A stretch of DNA of 37,899 nt from Promethearchaeota archaeon (GTDB lineage Archaea > Asgardarchaeota > Lokiarchaeia > Sigyniarchaeales > SOKP01), in assembly GCA_048938895.1 (NCBI GenBank), contig JBHLLU010000038.1, positions 1-37,899 on the forward strand. The letters run 5' to 3'. The position numbers were made by a program, and so were the translations under genes. The notes beneath the pieces were generated by a model. That model was not told the origin of the DNA. It was given only the letters and a program-made list of their open reading frames with translations, and searched no databases. Within the stretch, counting starts at the first letter, position 1; each line of letters opens with the position of its first letter. Below are positions 9,750 through 18,729 of this stretch, in pieces.

Positions 9750-11585
9750 TTATTCTGTAAATAAAATTTCATCATAAGGTTGTCGAAATAATCCTGCTCT
9801 TTGTCGCTTTTGGTCAAAGATATGCCCCATCATTCCGATTGATCTTCCCAAAACAAATAGGCCATTTAAAGCTTCACTATAAATTACATCCTCTATTTCC
9901 TCTTTAGTGTAGTCAAGATTTTCCAACAAATCTAAGAAGGTAATCCCAATACAACCATCAACATTCAGTATAAGATTGTTTCTCTTTGAGGTTGTTGCTT
10001 TTTCGACTTCTAATGCATAATCTAAGTGTGGATGTTTGGGAAAATTTTTTAATATGAATTCTTTTAATAGCACCACTCTCATGTCAGGATTCTGAACGGA
10101 CTTAACTCTGTGTCCGATTCCGGGAATGTTGATTTGAACAACATTTTTCATATAATTCATAAACTCTACAGGTGTCATTCCTTTTTGTACAGCTTCTCTA
10201 AAATATTTTGCTGCATCTGATACGGCTCCCCCAAATCGAGGTCCTATAGTAAGTATCCCACTAGCCAATGCCGACATTAAATCTTTTCCTGCGCGAGCCG
10301 TAATGATAGCATTATGAGCACCCGAAACAGCAGGACCATGATCTGCCGTTAATTTAATAACCATTTCGATATATTGCTGTGCAAACTCAGGTAATTCACG
10401 TTTAAACCAGAGTAACCCTATAACATAGCCAAGAGTTTTGTTCTCTCTTATTATTTTATCAAGAGGTACTTGATTATAAGTAACTATCTCCCCTCGATCA
10501 TCACTTATAGATACTATTACGTCTGTAGGACGTCTTACAACTCCTAATCTAGTTGCATCATTAAAGTTTAATGGTACTTTGGGAGGTTCAAAATCTTCAG
10601 CTGGTTTTATTTTGCCTTCCTGTACTAATTTATCAAAGGTTTTTCTAATTAATTTATCTAAATCTTCATATGAATCTGGTACAATAGCTCCTACTTTCCT
10701 TAAAGCTTCATTTTTTGCTTCGGCGGTTTCCATATCACTTCCTGCCATAGCACCGGCATGCCCGAATTGTAACCCTGCGGGTAATATCTTGGCACCTGTT
10801 CCCGCTACCCAAATAACTAAGGGTTTTGTTATTTTGCTTGATTTAATTGCATCAACAACAGCATACTCATCTTTTCCACCAATTTCTCCTAAAGCTACTA
10901 ACATTTTAATATTTGGATTAGCTTCATACCGTAATAGGTGATCGATTAATTGGGATCCTGGATATTTATCTCCCCCTATAGCAATTCCTTCATAGATCCC
11001 ATCAGTTGTTTGAGATATCATAAAATTCATTTCATTGGATAATCCACCCGATTTAGATACAAATCCTACTGATCCAGGTCGGTAAAGTTTTGATAAAACA
11101 ATATTTTCAATAGTTCCTGCGGAGTTTCCAATTTTAAATGCACCTGCTTTAATACCACCAACGGTGGCGGGACCGATAATAATTTTTTTTCTTTCATCTG
11201 CAATTTTGGTTAAATGTCTTGTTTGCCTTTCTGGCATACCCTCTGCTATGATCGCTACAGTTCTAATCGTATTAGTTTCTAGTGCTTCCTTAGTTGTAGG
11301 ATATGCTGATCGAAATGAGGCAAAATTCACCATGACATCAGCATCAGGATGGTTTTTAACAGCTAAATTGAGTGTTTTATATACTGGTACTACGATCTCA
11401 TTAGAACCCCAAAATACCTTATGGTATGCTACAGCTGCATCTTGAGTAGGTCGTATTACTGCAGCCACAGATGGTTTTTCCCTTTTGCAAATGTAGTCAA
11501 AATCAAGCATTCTTTGAATAGCATTTGCTTGAAATCCATATATTATTGCTTTTGTATTTTCATCAAATAAATCATAATCTTCCAT
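9750..11585 (-). CDS. aclA: ATP-citrate lyase alpha subunit (CoA-ligase domain plus citryl-CoA lyase domain)
   Basis: QRMLDFDY, GPATVGG, SKSGG, GGDKYPGS, phospho-His QFGHAGA, ADHGPAVSGAHN, GIGHRVKS, NLILNVDG. SD GGAGG. Confidence 0.95.
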   Translation of the reverse strand: MEDYDLFDENTKAIIYGFQANAIQRMLDFDYICKREKPSVAAVIRPTQDAAVAYHKVFWGSNEIVVPVYKTLNLAVKNHPDADVMVNFASFRSAYPTTKEALETNTIRTVAIIAEGMPERQTRHLTKIADERKKIIIGPATVGGIKAGAFKIGNSAGTIENIVLSKLYRPGSVGFVSKSGGLSNEMNFMISQTTDGIYEGIAIGGDKYPGSQLIDHLLRYEANPNIKMLVALGEIGGKDEYAVVDAIKSSKITKPLVIWVAGTGAKILPAGLQFGHAGAMAGSDMETAEAKNEALRKVGAIVPDSYEDLDKLIRKTFDKLVQEGKIKPAEDFEPPKVPLNFNDATRLGVVRRPTDVIVSISDDRGEIVTYNQVPLDKIIRENKTLGYVIGLLWFKRELPEFAQQYIEMVIKLTADHGPAVSGAHNAIITARAGKDLMSALASGILTIGPRFGGAVSDAAKYFREAVQKGMTPVEFMNYMKNVVQINIPGIGHRVKSVQNPDMRVVLLKEFILKNFPKHPHLDYALEVEKATTSKRNNLILNVDGCIGITFLDLLENLDYTKEEIEDVIYSEALNGLFVLGRSIGMMGHIFDQKRQRAGLFRQPYDEILFTE

Positions 11586-11603
11586 CTTTTTATCTCCTCC
11601 TTC

Positions 11604-12896
11604 TCAGGTTTTACCCCCTTCTGCTTTTTTTATTAATTCAACCACTCTTGTCATATGAGTATAACGATCATAAATTTCAATTGGAACTCCTGTTTCTTCA
11701 CCAACTTGTTTCATAAGTTCTAACCCCTGTTTTTCATTTGGACCTCCTCTGCGAACAAATATTTTAACATTTGCTTTCTTTAATTTGTCAACAGAATTTT
11801 TAATCGCACTTACTATTCCTGTAAATGTAGCTTTAACGTCTGTAAAATTAGCTATTCCACCTCCAATTATAAGATATTTTGGTCTCCCCTGAGGATCAGG
11901 GGTTTCTGTTATTAAATCAATAATTGTCTGAGCGTAAATTTCAGTATGCTCACGTGAAGGATTGCCACTATATTCTCCGTAATTTCCTAATTCTTTTCCA
12001 AATCCAAGATCAACGATTGTATCTGTATAAATAACAGAAGCTCCACCGCCTGCAACCATAGTCCATACACGCCCTTCTCTATTAATTATTGTTAATTTTA
12101 GAGAAGCACCAGTTTTTTCGTCTATTTCTTGAATTCTTGCTTCTTCTTCTGACATTGTTTGACCAAACCCACTTGGAAATTCTATAGGATTTTCTGGATT
12201 TCCCCAAGTATCCCCATGTAAGAACATAGCTGTGTCATCCAGACGAGCTTTCACATCCAAGGGTACAATCTCCTTTTTTTCAGTTATTGCAAAAGGATTA
12301 ATTTCCAAAAACGCAAAATCTTGATCAACAAATACTTGAAAAAGAGCTTTAATAAAAGGGATTAGTACATCTTTATATTCTCCCAAGTCTGGTAATTTTC
12401 CTTCTAGATCAAAAGAATTTATATCAGTTCCTAAAGGGAGGGGTATATGAATTACTTTGTCCCAGTTTTCCTCTACAAATATACCCCCTTCAAAACTAAA
12501 GTGAATTATATCATTTTCTCTATCAGAAGTAATAGAGACATAGTATTCCTTTTCATGAGGGATAAAAGGTTCAATGAGTAAGCGTTTCAATGCTCCTTTT
12601 ATATTTCCAATTTCACAAACCCTATCTAAATTATCAACACAAAATTGTTTCATTTCATCACAATTAGCGTCAAGTAAAAGTAAATTAGCTTTTCCTCTTT
12701 TCCCAAATAATTGGTCTGGTTTAACTACTACCTTTTCTGTCTCAATCCAAGGATTATCTTTTATTATTTTATCTAAATCTGTGTTGCAATCGGCAATAGC
12801 TAATTTATTATGGTATTTAAAATCAGGATAGTATTTTGGAAGTTCTCTTGCTAAAAGCATTTTAGCATCATATTCGTAAATATTTTTTTGCGCCAA
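11604..12896 (-). CDS. aclB: ATP-citrate lyase beta subunit (ATP-grasp plus citrate-binding domain)
   Basis: KPDQLFGKRGK, GRVWTMVAGGGASVIY, NYGEYSGNP, GGGIANFTDV, RRGGPN. TTG start. Confidence 0.95.
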   Translation of the reverse strand: MAQKNIYEYDAKMLLARELPKYYPDFKYHNKLAIADCNTDLDKIIKDNPWIETEKVVVKPDQLFGKRGKANLLLLDANCDEMKQFCVDNLDRVCEIGNIKGALKRLLIEPFIPHEKEYYVSITSDRENDIIHFSFEGGIFVEENWDKVIHIPLPLGTDINSFDLEGKLPDLGEYKDVLIPFIKALFQVFVDQDFAFLEINPFAITEKKEIVPLDVKARLDDTAMFLHGDTWGNPENPIEFPSGFGQTMSEEEARIQEIDEKTGASLKLTIINREGRVWTMVAGGGASVIYTDTIVDLGFGKELGNYGEYSGNPSREHTEIYAQTIIDLITETPDPQGRPKYLIIGGGIANFTDVKATFTGIVSAIKNSVDKLKKANVKIFVRRGGPNEKQGLELMKQVGEETGVPIEIYDRYTHMTRVVELIKKAEGGKT

Positions 12897-12990
12897 AATT
12901 CTCTAACTCTTTCTGTGATTATATCTTTGATAAAAGTATTAATATTTGTAGAATCCATTTTCATATAAATATTTCTTAGATTATTAATAT

Positions 12991-13025
12991 GGGAATAGCT
13001 TCCCCCAAAATACAATGGATTGTAT
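12991..13025. promoter_or_regulatory. Two adjacent palindromes in the divergent aclB/TPR intergenic region
   Basis: GGGAA-tagc-TTCCC (12991-13004) and ATACAAT-gg-ATTGTAT (13010-13025), upstream of a minus-strand TTTATATG box near 12962-12969. Confidence 0.4.
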
Positions 13026-13129
13026 ATGTTTTTCAAGTATGAGTACTATTGTTATTTACAAATTCTTTTAAGGAAAATATCTTTCTTAATTCTAATCCAA
13101 TAATTTTTACCTCTTAATTACAATCAAGC

Positions 13130-14878
13130 ATGCCTAGGGAAAAACCTGAAAAGTTCTTAAGTATAGAACGTCTTATAAATGAAGGGAAAACAGAGGAAGC
13201 TCTTGAAAAAATTAGGAAAATCCAGCAAAATCTCTGGAGTTCTTATACTTTTAATCCTGAAAAAGCTTTAGAAGATACTTTGCAAAACAAGAAATATATC
13301 GAAAAAATTGGAAATGATATAGATCTCGGTTATAACTTTCTCTTAACCGGATATATTTATCTTCTAAAAGAAAATTACAAAATTAGTTTAGAATTTGGGT
13401 TTCGGTGTAAAGATCTTTTTGAAAAGATAAATAACCAAAACGGCGTTGCAGCAAGTCTTACTTTAATAGGAAATAACTATTGGTTAAAAGGGGAATATAA
13501 CCAGGCAATAGAATATTGTACAAAAAGTTTGTCTATTGAAGAGATCAGTATTAGTTCAAAAGCAAGTAATTTAAGAGTATTAGCAAATGTTTTTCTTTGG
13601 AAAGGTGATCTTTATCAATCTTTAGAATATTGTGAAAAAGGACTAAAAATTGCAGAAAATGAAAACTTTTTTGGTATACAGGTCTCCTTTTTATGGTATT
13701 TAGGTATGATCTTCGTTTTTATGTATGACGTTGATAAAGCTGAAAATTATCTTACAAGATGCTGCGAGCTTGCTGGAAAATATCAGATTAACTACATTAA
13801 AGGATTCGTACTCCATACAATGATAAACATCAGAATTGAAGAAGATGATATGTATCAAGCAGAAAGATATTTAGATTATTTTAGAGAATATGCTTTTCGA
13901 GAGAATGATGAATTTACTACTAAAATATATTCGTTATCAAGAGGATTAGTGTTAATTCAAACTGGTAGGGTTCGGGATCGTGCAGAAGGAGAAACAATTT
14001 TTAGACAGATTATTAACGATGGTGTATCTCATGTTCGGGTTCAAGCATTATATACACACGCACTGTTTTATCTGACTTTTATATACGTTGAAGAGTTAAA
14101 AATGTCAAAGGATATGAAAATTCTTGATGATATAAATCCTTTGATTTCAACTATGAATACAATGGCAGATCAACTTGGATCTATTATGCTTCAAATCGAA
14201 GGAAAACTATTTCAAGCTAGGGTATCGTTAATACAAATGAAATTAAATGAAGCAAAGATACTATTAGCGGGAGCTCAACATCTTGCAGAGTCAACGAATA
14301 ATCATTATTTAGCTCGATTAATTTCAAATGAACATGACCTATTACTAGAACTTCAAGACAACCAAGAAGAATTAGAAAATATAAAAAATATTAGAGCAGA
14401 AAGCATCAAGTTAGCATCACTTAATGGGATGGTAAACATAACTCAAAAAAAAAATATAAAAGGTAAACTTGAATTAGCTAGTGACCAACCGGTCTTGCTA
14501 TTAATAATTGCTGAGGGTGGAGTTCTTTTGTTCTCTTATCCATTTACTGATGAATGGAAACATGATACTGAAATTTTTGGCAGTTTTTTATCAGCTTTTA
14601 CCTCTTTTATTGATGAATTCTTTTCAGAAGGGCTTGATCGTGCGAAATTTGGTGAAAATACTTTACTTATACAATCGATTGGTAATTATTCAATCGGTTA
14701 CTTGTATAAAGGACAGAGTTATCCAGCAAAACAAAAATTAGCCACCTTTATAAAAGAAATTCAAGATAACACCTCGATATGGCAAAATCTTGAGATTTTT
14801 TTTAAAACAAGTCAGGTAGCTGGAGCAAAAGATCTTCCTCAAATTGAGTCTTTAATTAAAGATACATTTTTAGGTTAA
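13130..14878 (+). CDS. TPR-repeat protein with C-terminal longin/roadblock-like domain
   Basis: TPR-like helices (SLTLIGNNYWLKGEYNQAIEYC, LANVFLWKGDLYQSLEYC). C-terminus LLLIIAEGGVLLFSY...FLSAFTSF resembles a longin fold. Confidence 0.75.
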   Translation: MPREKPEKFLSIERLINEGKTEEALEKIRKIQQNLWSSYTFNPEKALEDTLQNKKYIEKIGNDIDLGYNFLLTGYIYLLKENYKISLEFGFRCKDLFEKINNQNGVAASLTLIGNNYWLKGEYNQAIEYCTKSLSIEEISISSKASNLRVLANVFLWKGDLYQSLEYCEKGLKIAENENFFGIQVSFLWYLGMIFVFMYDVDKAENYLTRCCELAGKYQINYIKGFVLHTMINIRIEEDDMYQAERYLDYFREYAFRENDEFTTKIYSLSRGLVLIQTGRVRDRAEGETIFRQIINDGVSHVRVQALYTHALFYLTFIYVEELKMSKDMKILDDINPLISTMNTMADQLGSIMLQIEGKLFQARVSLIQMKLNEAKILLAGAQHLAESTNNHYLARLISNEHDLLLELQDNQEELENIKNIRAESIKLASLNGMVNITQKKNIKGKLELASDQPVLLLIIAEGGVLLFSYPFTDEWKHDTEIFGSFLSAFTSFIDEFFSEGLDRAKFGENTLLIQSIGNYSIGYLYKGQSYPAKQKLATFIKEIQDNTSIWQNLEIFFKTSQVAGAKDLPQIESLIKDTFLG

Positions 14879-14970
14879 AATAATAAACCAAAATCATGTA
14901 GAATATATTTTTAAAAGGGATTAGACTTTTTCTTTTAATAAAACGTAATTTTTAATTGTGATAAAATCAA

Positions 14971-15741
14971 ATGAAAGACAATCGAAAATTCCTGCGTTTT
15001 CTTGATAGGGAAGAATATGTTAAAATGGTCCCGGAATCTGATGAACAAAAGAATAAGCCTTTTCCTTTATTTCAAAAGGAATACGCAGAAGATACTAAAC
15101 TTATAGAATTAATCCCTCCCAAAAACTTCAAGATAGGAAATATGGCATTCAAAGATGCGGTGAATAAAAGAGTAAGTCACAGGAAATACACATCAGAATA
15201 CTTAACTCTTGAGGAATTATCATTTTTACTCTGGTGTACGCAAGGAGTGAAGGAAGTTATGAAGAGTGGTCGTGGTGTATTGAGAACTGTTCCATCTTCT
15301 GGGGCAAAAAGTCCATTTGAAACATATCTCATAGTTAATAGAGTGGAAGGGCTTGATCCTGGACTTTATCGCTATATTTCATTTACTCATCAGTTATTAT
15401 TCATAAAAAGTATCAAGAATGCTGAAAAAAAGATTGGAGAACTATCCTATGATCAAAAATTTGTTGGTAAGGGAGCAGTAATATTCTGTTGGGTGGCTAT
15501 ACCATACCGAAATGAATGGCGATATACTATACTGGCCCACAAGTTCATAGCAATTGATTTAGGTCTAGTTTGTGAGAATCTCTATTTAAGCTGTGCGGCA
15601 ATTAATATTGGAACCGTTGCTATAGGATATTACGAACAAAATAAGTTCGATTCATTGCTTGAACTGGATGGAAAGGACGAGTTTGTGGTACTGATTGCTC
15701 CTGTGGGAAAAATAAGAGAGCCTTCTCAATCTATATATTAA
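14971..15741 (+). CDS. SagB/ThcOx-family FMN dehydrogenase (nitroreductase fold)
   Basis: RVSHRKY, LEELSFLLW, RTVPSSGAKSPFE, ENLYL. Confidence 0.88.
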   Translation: MKDNRKFLRFLDREEYVKMVPESDEQKNKPFPLFQKEYAEDTKLIELIPPKNFKIGNMAFKDAVNKRVSHRKYTSEYLTLEELSFLLWCTQGVKEVMKSGRGVLRTVPSSGAKSPFETYLIVNRVEGLDPGLYRYISFTHQLLFIKSIKNAEKKIGELSYDQKFVGKGAVIFCWVAIPYRNEWRYTILAHKFIAIDLGLVCENLYLSCAAINIGTVAIGYYEQNKFDSLLELDGKDEFVVLIAPVGKIREPSQSIY

Positions 15742-15793
15742 TCTTACAAAATTTATAATCTTATTATATCAATCAAACTAATCATAGTTTATT

Positions 15794-17311
15794 ATGGCAA
15801 AAATAATAATAGATACAAAAATTGAACCTTCAAAGCAAAAAAGAATCAGTAAACATATATATGGTCATTTTGCTGAACATTTAGGACGCTGTATCTATGA
15901 CGGAATATGGGTTGGGGAAGATTCTTCAATCCCTAATACACGGGGTATAAGAAATGATATTGTCCACGCTTTGAGAAAAATTAAAATCCCTAATTTACGG
16001 TGGCCGGGGGGTTGTTTTGCAGATGAATATCATTGGAAAGACGGTATTGGTCCAAAAGAAACAAGACCTAATAGAATAAATACTCATTGGGGTGGTGTTA
16101 TTGAAAATAATCACTTTGGGACTCATGAATTTTTTGATTTATGTGAACAGCTCGATTGTGAGCCTTATATTTGTGGAAATGTAGGGAGTGGGACTATTGA
16201 AGAAATGGCTCAATGGATTGAATATATCACTTTCGATGGTAATAGTACTATTGCAGAATTAAGAAGGAAAAATGGGAGAGAAGAACCATGGCGTATAAAA
16301 TATTGGGGTGTGGGAAATGAAAATTGGGGATGTGGGGGTCACATGTCAGCAGAATTCTACTCAGATCTATTTCTCTGTTATTCAACTTATTGTAAAAACT
16401 TATCTAAGAATAGTTTATACAAGATAGCTTGTGGACCTGTAGGAGAATTTCCACTAGAATGGGTACTACATTGGGTTGAAACAATAATGGAAAAAACATC
16501 AATCCCGATTCTTTTTAATCCCTTAATTCATGGTTTATCATTACACTATTACACTCGAGCAGGCAATCAACCAGCAGCAGAAGTAAATGAAAAAAGGTGG
16601 GCAGTTGCGATGGAAAGAGCCCTTTATATGGATAAACTTCTTTCAGAAATTAGTAACGTAATGGATAAGTATGACAAATCCGAAAGGATAAAAATAATTG
16701 TTGATGAATGGGGTGCTTGGTGGGGTGTTGAGAAAGATACTAATCCAAATTTCTTATTTCAACAGAATACTCTAACTGATGCATTAATTGCTTCTTTACA
16801 CCTAGATATCTTTAATAAACATTGCACTCGAGTAGACATGGCAAACATAGCTCAAACTGTTAATGTTTTACAATCAATGATTTTAACTAAAGAGGAAAAA
16901 ATGCTTCTAACTCCAACTTACCATGTTTTTGACATGTATCAAGTCCATCAGGAAGGCATTTTATTACCTATAAAAATTAATACTGAAAATTATGTACAAG
17001 GAAGTAGAACTATTCCTGCTATAAACGGTTCAGCTTCAGTTGATTCTGAAAATCAAATGCATATATCATTAAGCAATATTAACCCAAATCAAGATATTAA
17101 TATTGAAATTTTATTTAATGATTTCGATTTAGAAAGGAGTGAGCTAACAGCTAGGATCCTTCATAGTGAGCAAATTAATGCGCATAATACATTTGAAGCA
17201 CCAGAAACTATTAAACCTGAAAAATATACAAATGATAAATTTAGCATAAAAGGGAGTAATCTTGTCTTTAAAATACCAACAAAGGCAATTCTAGTAATTG
17301 AAATAAAATAA
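15794..17311 (+). CDS. abfA: Alpha-L-arabinofuranosidase, GH51
   Basis: YGHFAEHLGRCIY, RWPGGCFAD, GNENW (acid/base Glu), DEWG (nucleophile Glu), MANIAQTVNVL. No signal peptide. Confidence 0.93.
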   Translation: MAKIIIDTKIEPSKQKRISKHIYGHFAEHLGRCIYDGIWVGEDSSIPNTRGIRNDIVHALRKIKIPNLRWPGGCFADEYHWKDGIGPKETRPNRINTHWGGVIENNHFGTHEFFDLCEQLDCEPYICGNVGSGTIEEMAQWIEYITFDGNSTIAELRRKNGREEPWRIKYWGVGNENWGCGGHMSAEFYSDLFLCYSTYCKNLSKNSLYKIACGPVGEFPLEWVLHWVETIMEKTSIPILFNPLIHGLSLHYYTRAGNQPAAEVNEKRWAVAMERALYMDKLLSEISNVMDKYDKSERIKIIVDEWGAWWGVEKDTNPNFLFQQNTLTDALIASLHLDIFNKHCTRVDMANIAQTVNVLQSMILTKEEKMLLTPTYHVFDMYQVHQEGILLPIKINTENYVQGSRTIPAINGSASVDSENQMHISLSNINPNQDINIEILFNDFDLERSELTARILHSEQINAHNTFEAPETIKPEKYTNDKFSIKGSNLVFKIPTKAILVIEIK

Positions 17312-17319
17312 AAACTCTC

Positions 17320-17523
17320 AAATTTCTCTGAAATTTCTCTGTACTTGCAGATTGAGTAACTTCACCAATGGTTGTATCTACACTAATGCTTTTTAGTCTA
17401 CTGATACACTTTTGTAAAGAACCTAAAACAGACCCTAGCGATTTCAAAATAAGAATGAATCTCTGACCAAGAAATGATTATCAGTCTAAGATTAGTCTAA
17501 GACTCCATCCAGAGTTCCCTGCC
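17320..17523. ncRNA. Candidate structured non-coding RNA, family unknown
   Basis: About 36% GC by my count over 17341-17520, higher than other intergenic regions here. Three nested stem-loops and two short direct repeats. Confidence 0.25.
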
Positions 17524-17584
17524 TTAAACTATAAATTAAACCTTATCATAATTATAATTATAAAAAAAAGAAGTGAAATGAAAA

Positions 17585-17800
17585 ATGACTCAAATAATTG
17601 AAAAAGTTATAGAAATAGAAGGTCCAAAGGCAGAAGAACTTGAGCTTGAAATTAATGAAGAAAGTAAAGTTGATGAGTTAATTGGAGATTTAAATCCAAG
17701 ATATTTTGAAGAAGTTTATTCTCTTGAGGAAGCAAAGAACAAAGCCAAAGCTTCTACTATAGTTCCAAGTTCGAATAATAGCTTTTTTGGTGGCTTTTAA
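17585..17800 (+). CDS. Small acidic hypothetical protein
   Basis: 71-aa ORF with an AAGTGA SD-like site, Glu-rich body and a downstream T-tract. Confidence 0.7.
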   Translation: MTQIIEKVIEIEGPKAEELELEINEESKVDELIGDLNPRYFEEVYSLEEAKNKAKASTIVPSSNNSFFGGF

Positions 17801-17859
17801 GAAATATAAAAAGTTTTTTTAATATTCTTATTTTAATTATTAATCTTGTTATAATTTAA

Positions 17860-18729
17860 TTAAAGTAATTCCTTGATTAATTTTGGTACTTCCCATGGAG
17901 TATCAGCAATGAAAGAACCTGCTTCTTTAAGAGCTTTAATTTTACCTTGTGCTGTACCAAATTCACCCGAAATTATTGCTCCCGCATGACCCATTCGTTT
18001 ACCCTTAGGAGCACTTTTACCTGCAATATACGAAATTATCGGTTTTGATACATATTCTTTAATATATTCTGCAGTTTTTTCTTCCTCATCACTCCCAATT
18101 TCACCTATTAATACAATTAATTTGGTATTTTGTTCATTGGAGTAATATTCTACTGCTTCGACCATAGTTGTTCCTCTAACAGGATCACCTCCAATCCCTA
18201 TATAAGCAGAAACTCCAATCTCCGCATTTCCAATGGCTTTTGTAATTTCATAAGAAAGAGTTCCACTTTTGGAGATGATCGCCACATTTCCATAATGACA
18301 CATATCTCCCGGCATTATTCCTAATTTAATTTTATCTGGAATCATCATTCCTGGACAATTTGGACCTACGATGTGAAGATTTTGTATTAAAGTTAACTCT
18401 CTTAATTTAATCATATCAAATACAGGAATATTTTCAGATATTATACAAGTCATTTTTATGCCTGAAAGTAAACTTTCCTCAACTGCACTATATGAAAAAC
18501 GAGCAGGAACAAAAACAATACTTATATCACAGTTAGTGTTTTCCACAGCTTCTTCTACAGAATCAAATACAGGAATTTTATACACTACTTCTCCTCCTTT
18601 TTTAGGAGTAACTCCTGCTACTATATTAGTCCCATAATCTAACATTAAACGAGTGTGAAATTTTCCTTGGTTTCCAGTGATTCCTTGAACAACAACTTTG
18701 GATTTTTCACTTATGTACAATTTACTCAC
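17860..18729 (-). CDS. sucD: Succinyl-CoA ligase (ADP-forming) alpha subunit
   Basis: VQGITG, GVTPKKGG, GPNCPG, SKSGTL, GIGGDP, phospho-His RMGHAGA. GTG start overlaps the sucC stop. Confidence 0.92.
   Translation of the reverse strand: MSKLYISEKSKVVVQGITGNQGKFHTRLMLDYGTNIVAGVTPKKGGEVVYKIPVFDSVEEAVENTNCDISIVFVPARFSYSAVEESLLSGIKMTCIISENIPVFDMIKLRELTLIQNLHIVGPNCPGMMIPDKIKLGIMPGDMCHYGNVAIISKSGTLSYEITKAIGNAEIGVSAYIGIGGDPVRGTTMVEAVEYYSNEQNTKLIVLIGEIGSDEEEKTAEYIKEYVSKPIISYIAGKSAPKGKRMGHAGAIISGEFGTAQGKIKALKEAGSFIADTPWEVPKLIKELL

Noticed and set aside
12851-13036. 61-aa minus-strand ORF upstream of aclB
   Set aside because: It spans the promoter and palindromes, overlaps aclB out of frame, and has no SD or motif.
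14971-15741. SagB-like gene as part of an azole RiPP cluster
   Set aside because: No YcaO, E1-like partner or adjacent precursor; stand-alone SagB-like nitroreductases are common.
17290-17450. About 51-codon minus-strand TTG ORF (MKSLGSVLGSLQKC...)
   Set aside because: No SD, overlaps the abfA 3' end, and has no recognisable features.
17474-17515. Possible eukaryote-type SECIS (ATGA...AA...GA)
   Set aside because: The helix next to the ATGA core does not pair, and no gene in the window shows an in-frame TGA at a Cys position.
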